Source of the DNA: an uncultured Planctomycetia bacterium
GTDB taxonomy: Bacteria > Omnitrophota > Gorgyraeia > 2-02-FULL-51-18 > JAGOUK01
Reading direction: 5' to 3'
Assembly (NCBI GenBank): GCA_964430735.1
Contig: CAYSFB010000003.1
Coordinates: forward strand, 130,039-194,038
Length of the DNA stretch: 64,000 nucleotides
A program made the translations under genes and the position numbers. Positions 57,675-64,000 of the stretch are shown here, piece by piece. Position 1 is the first letter of the stretch; the number at the start of each line of letters is the position of its first letter. Under the pieces are notes generated by a model. It saw only the letters and a program-made list of their open reading frames with translations. It was not told the DNA's origin and ran no database searches.

Positions 57675-58979
57675 CTACGAACGCTGTGCGATCGGCACGT
57701 AGGGGCTCAGCACGGGGCCGGTGTAGATCTGCCGCGGACGGGCGATCTTCAGGCCCGGCGCCATCAGCATCTCGCGCCAGTTGGCAATCCAGCCCGGCAT
57801 GCGCCCGATCGCAAACATCACGGTGAACATGTTCACCGGAATGCCCAGCGCGCGCAAAATGATGCCGCTGTAAAAGTCCACGTTGGGATAAAGTTTGCGC
57901 TCGATGAAATACGGATCCTTCAGCGCGACCTCCTCGAGCTGCTTCGCGAGATCGAGCATCGGGTCCTGGACCCCCAATTTGCCGAGGATCTTGTCGCAGG
58001 CGTTCTTGAGGATCTTGGCGCGCGGGTCGAAGTTCTTGTAAACCCGGTGGCCGAAGCCCATCAGGCGCGAGCCGGATTTCTTGTCCTTGACCTGGGTCAC
58101 GAACGATTTGATGTCCGTGCCTTCCCGCTGAAGCATTTCGAGCATCTCGATCACCGCCTGGTTGGCACCGCCGTGGAGCGGGCCCCAGAGCGCGCAGATC
58201 CCGGAAGAGACGGACGCGTACAGATTGGCCTGACTGGAACCAACCATGCGGACGGTCGACGTGCTGCAGTTCTGCTCGTGGTCCGCGTGCAGAACCAGGA
58301 TCATCTCCAGGGCGCGCACAGCGTCCGGATCGATGTGGTACGGCTCGGCAGGCACAGCAAACATCATGTTCAAAAAATTCTCCACGTAGGAGAACTTGTT
58401 CACCGGCCCGATGAAGGGCTGGCCCATGGACTTTTTGTGCGAAAAAGCCGCAATCGTGCTCACCTTGGACAGGATGCGGACGATGTTGATGTCAGCGTAT
58501 TTGAGGCCCGGTTCCAGCGAGTCCGGGTAGTAGCTGCACAGCGAGCAGATCATGGAGGACAGAATCGACATCGGATGCGCGGTCGCCGGATAGCCGGTAA
58601 AGAAACGCTTCATATCCTCGTGGATCATCGAGTGATGCGTGATCTGCTCGGAAAAAACGGTCAGCTCCTTCTGAGTGGGAAGCTTGCCGTAGATCAGCAG
58701 ATACGAAGCTTCAAGAAAGGAGGATTTTTCCGCCAACTCCTCGATCGGAATGCCGCGGTATCTCAGGATCCCCTTGTCGCCGTCGATGTAAGTGATGGAG
58801 CTCAGGCAGGATCCGCTGTTCGCATAGCCGGGGTCAAGCGTGATGGCGCCGGTTTCTGCACGAAGATTCGTGATGTCGATGCCCGCTTCCTTTTCGGATC
58901 CCTCGTGGACCGGAAGCTTGACGGTTTTGCCGCCGGGAAGACGAAGCTCAGCGTCGCCTAGGAGTTTGGTCTGAGACAT
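57675..58979 (-). CDS. gltA: citrate synthase (type II)
   Basis: Full-length GltA consensus incl. catalytic His/Asp regions (GFGHRVYKNFDPRA). Confidence 0.93.
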   Translation of the reverse strand: MSQTKLLGDAELRLPGGKTVKLPVHEGSEKEAGIDITNLRAETGAITLDPGYANSGSCLSSITYIDGDKGILRYRGIPIEELAEKSSFLEASYLLIYGKLPTQKELTVFSEQITHHSMIHEDMKRFFTGYPATAHPMSILSSMICSLCSYYPDSLEPGLKYADINIVRILSKVSTIAAFSHKKSMGQPFIGPVNKFSYVENFLNMMFAVPAEPYHIDPDAVRALEMILVLHADHEQNCSTSTVRMVGSSQANLYASVSSGICALWGPLHGGANQAVIEMLEMLQREGTDIKSFVTQVKDKKSGSRLMGFGHRVYKNFDPRAKILKNACDKILGKLGVQDPMLDLAKQLEEVALKDPYFIERKLYPNVDFYSGIILRALGIPVNMFTVMFAIGRMPGWIANWREMLMAPGLKIARPRQIYTGPVLSPYVPIAQRS

Positions 58980-59096
58980 GACTCTTTTCCCTTCTTGTGT
59001 GAAAAATGCATTGAATCGATTAAATGATTATACAGATGTCCAGCCCAAGAATCACGGGGATTCGGTCGAAAGAACGGACGAGGAGCGGGCAGGTGG

Positions 59097-59483
59097 TCAG
59101 AACTTAAGCTCTTGATTCGAGGTGTCTTGCGTGACGAAGCAAACGCCGACGTTGTAGCGGCCTTCAATCGGATCTTCTTCGAGTCGAACGACGCGGCCGA
59201 GCAGGCCCTTCTGGTAAACCACCGCGCGCTTCTCGATTTCTTTGCAGATCTTAAGGGTGCGCAGATCCATGTCCATCCACAGGATGCTCGAAATTTTGGG
59301 CATGATCGACGAGGCGAACAGAACGCCCGTTTCGCTGACGTTGGCCGTGGTGCCCAGACGCACCGCATCGCTCCCCTCTTCTTCGATCATCCGGAACTTG
59401 ACCGGATGCCGGAAGTCGAGGCGGAAATATTCGCGGCGGTCGGGAGAGGGCTTGCTGGATTTGCGGGTGTCGGGTTTGGTCAT
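59097..59483 (-). CDS. PilZ domain protein (c-di-GMP effector)
   Basis: RREYFR (RxxxR) and NVSETG (D/NxSxxG) PilZ motifs. Confidence 0.7.
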   Translation of the reverse strand: MTKPDTRKSSKPSPDRREYFRLDFRHPVKFRMIEEEGSDAVRLGTTANVSETGVLFASSIMPKISSILWMDMDLRTLKICKEIEKRAVVYQKGLLGRVVRLEEDPIEGRYNVGVCFVTQDTSNQELKF

Positions 59484-59532
59484 AAAAACCTAAGGCAAGT
59501 ATAGTCCCGACCGGGGACGTTTTCAAGACGCG

Positions 59533-60213
59533 CTAAAAAAGATCCGTCTGCTGGGCATGGAGGTGGCGGCAGTCCTTGCAAAAGCCATAGCCGGCGGCTT
59601 TGGCGGCGACGCTGGACTCGAACCGGTCCAAATGGGCCTTGCTCACCCCTTCGAGCTCTTTACAACCCTCGAAGTGATACTTCCGCGTCATTTTGTCCGC
59701 GACAAACTGGAAACGGCGCTTGATCTTGTTTTCGAATTCCCACAAGCCCTGGCCATCCCGGCGGGAATGCATGGAGGCACTCCGGAGTTCCTCGGCGTAC
59801 TGAAGGTTTGGCGGAACAATGCTCAGCTTGGCGTACCCAGCCTCGACCATCTTGAGGTTTGCCAGGGTCCCGTCTTCCAGAAAAATAAAGCCCTGATACA
59901 CGCCGTCGGAGTTCTTGATCTGAGAGCCGAACTCGACCCTGATTTTTTTTCCTTGAAGCAGCTCACGGTTGAACGCGAGGGACTTCTGGCCGTAATCGCG
60001 GACCTTCGGGTCGATGTGCTTGAGCGGCGGCGCGGCGATGGACGCGTAGGTCACCAGGGTCCCGGTGTCGAGACGGAAGGTGTCGCCCGTCAGAACTTCG
60101 GCGACCGTGTAAGTGCGGTCGGCGGCGGCCAGCGGGAGGCAGACGAGCAGCCCCAGAAAAGCCGCGGCGAGACTAATTGGATTCTTGAAGGATTTCGAGC
60201 GTGTGTTCGGCAT
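59533..60213 (-). CDS. secreted thermonuclease (SNase-like)
   Basis: Signal peptide; TNase-like core (VTGDTFRLDTG...YAKL); C-terminal Cys cluster; 41-nt overlap with upstream ACT gene if ATG 60213 is the true start. Confidence 0.7.
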   Translation of the reverse strand: MPNTRSKSFKNPISLAAAFLGLLVCLPLAAADRTYTVAEVLTGDTFRLDTGTLVTYASIAAPPLKHIDPKVRDYGQKSLAFNRELLQGKKIRVEFGSQIKNSDGVYQGFIFLEDGTLANLKMVEAGYAKLSIVPPNLQYAEELRSASMHSRRDGQGLWEFENKIKRRFQFVADKMTRKYHFEGCKELEGVSKAHLDRFESSVAAKAAGYGFCKDCRHLHAQQTDLF

Positions 60214-60583
60214 CGCGGGTCTTGATCACGAGCATCGCGGCGTCCAGGTTCGGATTGGCGGTGCAGTACGCGTACTCGATGTTGTCGTCGGCGCGGGCCA
60301 GCAGCGTCGCGATCGCGCCGAGCGACCCGACTTCATTCGAAATGTCCACGATCACCACCTTCTGCGTGATGATGTAGAGCCCCTCTTCTTCGAGGAGAAT
60401 CAGCGCCTTGGTGGGGTTGTCGACGACGAATCGGATGATCGAATGGTCGACCGTGTCGTGGATCGACATCGAGTAGATGTTGACCCCGGTGCTGCCGAGC
60501 GTGTAGCAGATTTTGGCCATGCGGCCGGGTTTGTTCTCGGCAAAAACGGAGAGCTGAGTTTCGACCCGGCAACCGAAGCGCAT
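60173..60583 (-). CDS. ACT domain-containing protein
   Basis: Tandem ACT-like beta-alpha-beta-beta-alpha-beta pattern. Confidence 0.6.
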   Translation of the reverse strand: MRFGCRVETQLSVFAENKPGRMAKICYTLGSTGVNIYSMSIHDTVDHSIIRFVVDNPTKALILLEEEGLYIITQKVVIVDISNEVGSLGAIATLLARADDNIEYAYCTANPNLDAAMLVIKTRDAEHTLEILQESN

Positions 60584-60586
60584 GTC

Positions 60587-60775
60587 TTACTTGTTTTCGC
60601 TGAGGAGATCGTCACCGATCGCCCAGTTGTCGCGGCTCACCTCTTCGAACACGAGGTAGGTCGCTTTTTTCGGCTTGCCCGCCACTTTGAGCAGCGTGTC
60701 CGAAAATTCTTTGGCGATTTGCTTTTTTTGTTCGCGGGTCAGGGTTCCGCCCGTCTGGAGGAGGATGTAAGGCAT
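60587..60775 (-). CDS. 4-oxalocrotonate tautomerase family protein
   Basis: 61 aa, N-terminal Pro1 (MPYILLQT) tautomerase hallmark. Confidence 0.7.
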   Translation of the reverse strand: MPYILLQTGGTLTREQKKQIAKEFSDTLLKVAGKPKKATYLVFEEVSRDNWAIGDDLLSENK

Positions 60776-60826
60776 GTCGTTTTCCTTCTTGATGCTGACT
60801 ACCGGACGCGATCGTTGACGAAAAAA

Positions 60827-61288
60827 TCAATTCCCGGCGGAAGCCGGAGACGAGCCCTGAATCTTGAGGCACTTGGCCTCGCCCTCGGCCACGACCAGGC
60901 CTGAGGAATTCCGCGCTTCGGCGCGCGTCAGAACCAGCCGTTTGCGCTTGTCGACGATCCAAGCCTTGATCCGAAGCGCTTCCCCCGTCTTCACCGCGTG
61001 CTTCAACCGCACCGTGAGTTCGGCGGAAACGGCCGGCGACTCTCCCAGCCAGACGGCGTTGACCATGGCCTCGTCCAAAACGAGCGAAAGGATTCCGCCG
61101 TGCAAAAGATCGGTGTAGCCCTGATGGCGCTTGTCGGAGACAAACATCGTCTCGACACCCTCGTCGGTCTTCGTGAACTTGAGCTTGAGGCCGATCGGGT
61201 TTTTCTCGCCGCAACCGAAACAGTGGCGGTCATCCGCCAGCACCGGACCCGAAGGAACCGGCCGGGACCCGGGAACTTCGGCCATCAT
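60827..61288 (-). CDS. PaaI-family hotdog thioesterase
   Basis: CFGCG...LHGGILSLVLDEAM hotdog motif; start MMAEV overlapping IMPase stop. Confidence 0.7.
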   Translation of the reverse strand: MMAEVPGSRPVPSGPVLADDRHCFGCGEKNPIGLKLKFTKTDEGVETMFVSDKRHQGYTDLLHGGILSLVLDEAMVNAVWLGESPAVSAELTVRLKHAVKTGEALRIKAWIVDKRKRLVLTRAEARNSSGLVVAEGEAKCLKIQGSSPASAGN

Positions 61289-62160
61289 TATACCCTGCCG
61301 GGACCCCGGCGGGTCTTGCCCGTGCTTTTTTCCCATTCCTCGGATGCGAGGAGCGGGACGCCGGAAAGAACCTGGAGCAATTCCCGGTGGACGGCCGGAT
61401 TGGCCGCGAGCATGTCGCCATGCGGCATGCCGGACTTGCCGCCGCGGAAATCGGTGACGATCCCGCCCGCCTCTTCGACCAGAACCACCCCCGCGGCGAT
61501 GTCCCAATCGTGGAGACCCATTTCCCAGAAGCCGTCGAACCGGCCGCATGCCGTGTAACACAGATCGATCGCGGCCGAACCCATGCGCCGAACGCCCGCG
61601 CAGCTGTGGAAGACCTTGCGGAACGACGCGTTGTACGGCTCGAAACGGCGGCGGATGTGAAAAGCGAAGCCGGTTGCCAGGAAGGAATCCTTGAGCCGGG
61701 TCTTCGAGACGTGAATCCGGCGCTTGTTGAGGAAGGCGCCGTGGCCTCTGGCCGCGGTGAACCATTCGTCGTGGACGGGGTCGTACACGACGCCGAGGAC
61801 GAAGCCCTTCCCCCGCTCCTCCAGGCCGACCGACACGCAGAACGCCGGCAGATGATGGATGAAGTTCGAGGTTCCGTCGATCGGATCGATCACCCAGCGG
61901 CGGTCCGCATCGACCGAGAGGCCGTTTTCTTCGGCGAGAAAGCCGTAGGACGGGAACGCGCGCTTGAGCTCCCGGACAAGAATGTCCTGCGACCCCTTGT
62001 CGACCACGGTCACGAAGTCATTCTTGGACTTGGCCGAGACGTCCGTCGTCGCGAGACGTCCGTAGTGCCGGCGGATCAGCCGGGCGGATTTTTCGACAGC
62101 TTTGCGGACGGCTGAAAAGTGGACGTCGGGCGCGACGAAACGGGAGCTCGGGGTTTTCAT
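61288..62160 (-). CDS. suhB: inositol monophosphatase family protein
   Basis: WVIDPIDGT and FLAEE metal-binding motifs. Confidence 0.85.
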   Translation of the reverse strand: MKTPSSRFVAPDVHFSAVRKAVEKSARLIRRHYGRLATTDVSAKSKNDFVTVVDKGSQDILVRELKRAFPSYGFLAEENGLSVDADRRWVIDPIDGTSNFIHHLPAFCVSVGLEERGKGFVLGVVYDPVHDEWFTAARGHGAFLNKRRIHVSKTRLKDSFLATGFAFHIRRRFEPYNASFRKVFHSCAGVRRMGSAAIDLCYTACGRFDGFWEMGLHDWDIAAGVVLVEEAGGIVTDFRGGKSGMPHGDMLAANPAVHRELLQVLSGVPLLASEEWEKSTGKTRRGPGRV

Positions 62161-62861
62161 GCGGAAATTCCGTGGTGTTTTTTGAGCGCGCGCTTGAGGA
62201 GCGAAGCCCGGGTAAAGGTGTGGACATGGACGCCGTGTCCGGCCGCCGCGCCGGTGAAATCGGAACGGTCGTCCGCATAAAAAATCTCGTGTTTCTTCGC
62301 ACGCGAGAGCTTGAGAGCGTGCCGGTACATTTTTTTCTCAGGCTTGCGCGTCCTGATCTTATAGGAAAGGACGTGGTGATGAAATTCCTTCATGACGGGA
62401 TACCGCTTGGCGATGTGGTCGAAGTGCAGCTTGTTCGTGTTCGATACGAGAATGAGGCGGTACCCCGCGCGGCGAAGCCGGCGGATGAGATCGCTGACTT
62501 CATGGTTTTCTTTAAAAATGTCGTTCCACACCGTTTTGAACTCCGCATAGGTCAGCTTCGACCAGCCGAAGTGCTTGCGCAGCATGCGGTAGAGCGTGTG
62601 CGCGGTCACCTCGCCGGTGTCGCAGGCCGCTTCGAGCCATGCGCGCTCCTTGAAAAAAGCGCGGATATCCTCCGCTGGTGTTCCATGCCGCCGGGAGAGC
62701 CGCTTGAACGCAGGCGTGAAGTCGAACGGTAGAATGACGTTGCCGAGGTCGAACCAGAATGTTTTGATCGGATGGGGTGCGGTTTGGGGGCTCATTGGGG
62801 CGTCATTATAACACAGGGGTGCTGTTGCCCCCGGACGCGGTGTGCTAGGATATCGGCGCAT
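62157..62861 (-). CDS. HAD-superfamily hydrolase (start may be the internal ATG at 62795)
   Basis: FWFDLGNV motif I variant, VSNTN motif II, K...DD motif IV. Confidence 0.65.
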   Translation of the reverse strand: MRRYPSTPRPGATAPLCYNDAPMSPQTAPHPIKTFWFDLGNVILPFDFTPAFKRLSRRHGTPAEDIRAFFKERAWLEAACDTGEVTAHTLYRMLRKHFGWSKLTYAEFKTVWNDIFKENHEVSDLIRRLRRAGYRLILVSNTNKLHFDHIAKRYPVMKEFHHHVLSYKIRTRKPEKKMYRHALKLSRAKKHEIFYADDRSDFTGAAAGHGVHVHTFTRASLLKRALKKHHGISA

Positions 62862-62872
62862 TCACAAACACC

Positions 62873-63601
62873 ATGAATCCTACTGAAGCCATCCGCGTCG
62901 ACGGACTCCATAAGCACTACAAAACCCTGCACGCGCTCAAAGGAATCTCCTTCGGCGTCCAGCCGGGCGATTTTTTCTCATTTTTAGGGCCGAACGGCGC
63001 GGGCAAGACGACGACAATCCAGTGCGTGACGGGACTTGCGAACTTTTCCCAAGGATCCATCCGCGTGTTCGGCCGCGACGTCGTCAAAGAATACCGCGAA
63101 GCGCGGCGCCTGGTGGGCTTGTGCGGCCAGGAGTTCAACTTCGACCCGTTTCTCGACATCCGGCAGCTGCTCGTTTATCAGGCGGGTTATTTTGGCATCG
63201 CGAAGTCCGAGGCTGAGGACCGGGCGGAATCCCTCCTCAAGCGCTTCAAACTATGGGAGAAAAAATCGGGAGACTTCCGCGCCCTCTCGGGGGGCATGAA
63301 GCGGCGCCTGCTCATCTGCCGGGCCCTCATCCACAACCCGCGCGTTCTGATCCTCGACGAGCCGACCGCCGGCGCGGATCTGGAGCTCAAATACCACATC
63401 TGGGAATATCTGCGCGAAATCAACGCCCAGGGCGTGACCATTTTCCTGACGACGCATTATATGGAGGAAGCCGAAGCGCTTTCTAAGACCATTGCCATCA
63501 TCCGCCAGGGGCAAATCGTGAAGATCGGCTCCAAGGAGGAAGTGCTGCAGGGCCGCTCGCTCGAAAACGTCTTTTTGGAGCTCACTCGTGACGAAGAATA
63601 A
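62873..63601 (+). CDS. ABC transporter ATP-binding protein (ABC-2/DrrA-like)
   Basis: Walker A GPNGAGKTT, LSGGMKRRL signature, Walker B ILDEPT. Confidence 0.88.
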   Translation: MNPTEAIRVDGLHKHYKTLHALKGISFGVQPGDFFSFLGPNGAGKTTTIQCVTGLANFSQGSIRVFGRDVVKEYREARRLVGLCGQEFNFDPFLDIRQLLVYQAGYFGIAKSEAEDRAESLLKRFKLWEKKSGDFRALSGGMKRRLLICRALIHNPRVLILDEPTAGADLELKYHIWEYLREINAQGVTIFLTTHYMEEAEALSKTIAIIRQGQIVKIGSKEEVLQGRSLENVFLELTRDEE

Positions 63602-64000
63602 CTCCCCCGCCAAGCCGTCGCCGTTCCGCGGCGTTCTGGCGCTATCGACGCGCGAAATCCTGCGCTACCTGGTCGTCGCGCCGCAGACCCTGCTGCCGCC
63701 GATTGTCACGTCGTTCCTGTTTCTGTTCATCTTCGGCATGTCGGTGGGTCAGAACGTCGAGGTGGGCGCCCATGCCTCGAGTTACGCGGCGTTCATCGTG
63801 CCGGGCCTGATCGCGATGCAGCTCATCTCCGGCGCGTTCGAAAACACCAGCTCCTCCCTCTTCATCGCCCGCTGGCACAACCACATCCAGGAATTGCTCC
63901 TGTCGCCGCTGTCGTATCTGGAAATGGTGCTGGGGCTTCTCGCGGGCGGCGTGTCGCGCGGACTTCTGAACGCGCTGGGCGTTTATCTCATCTCGCTCAT
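63588..64000 (+). CDS. ABC-2 type transporter permease, 3'-truncated by window edge
   Basis: GTG start overlapping ATPase gene; hydrophobic ABC-2 permease helices. Confidence 0.7.
   Translation, partial: MTKNNSPAKPSPFRGVLALSTREILRYLVVAPQTLLPPIVTSFLFLFIFGMSVGQNVEVGAHASSYAAFIVPGLIAMQLISGAFENTSSSLFIARWHNHIQELLLSPLSYLEMVLGLLAGGVSRGLLNALGVYLISL

Overview
This 64-kb window is from a high-GC (~63-65%) bacterial chromosome. It is densely packed, mostly housekeeping genes, and nearly every gene matches a known family by motif. There are no CRISPR arrays, transposases, integrases or rRNA genes.

Main blocks, in order along the + strand:
- An SOS cassette: lexA with a Cheo-type GAAC-N4-GTTC box, overlapped by a Y-family polymerase.
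- A lower-GC islet carrying a class II Fic AMPylator behind a perfect 13-bp inverted-repeat operator, plus thiopurine methyltransferase.
- Small DUF proteins, a TPR lipoprotein and a secreted HExxH metallopeptidase.
- A zinc-ribbon protein, VIT and CDF metal transporters.
- groES-groEL behind a CIRCE operator.
- A CDP-alcohol phosphatidyltransferase fused to an LPG-synthase-like flippase domain, overlapping a histidine phosphatase.
- A frameshifted BASS transporter, a DUF45 protein and the ABC-F protein Uup.
- A Pro/Thr-repeat secreted protein.
- A 13-gene, largely translationally coupled block: IMPDH-like, fhs-fchA-folD-panB, hemC-cobA/hemD-hemB-hemL, ispB, tatA, mnmA.
- tRNA-Met followed by an unusual 108-bp inverted-repeat element and a 37-bp tandem repeat.
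- A beta-oxidation operon (thiolase, fadJ, fadD, lysophospholipase-like hydrolase).
- yqeY, mdh, sucCD, yajQ, folE, nadE, an ornithine cyclodeaminase homolog and a STAS protein.

On the - strand:
- An orphan RHH regulator.
- An operon of extended metF, a PLP aminotransferase and a 976-aa TM-HAMP-coiled-coil protein with no output domain.
- Citrate synthase, a PilZ protein, a secreted thermonuclease, and ACT, tautomerase, thioesterase, IMPase and HAD genes.

The window ends inside an ABC-2 exporter.

The most unusual items are:
- the Fic islet and its operator;
- the phosphatidyltransferase-flippase fusion plus phosphatase pair;
- the post-tRNA inverted-repeat/tandem-repeat element;
- the output-less HAMP coiled-coil membrane protein operon;
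- the PT-repeat secreted protein.

Many long antisense ORFs are high-GC artefacts and were rejected.
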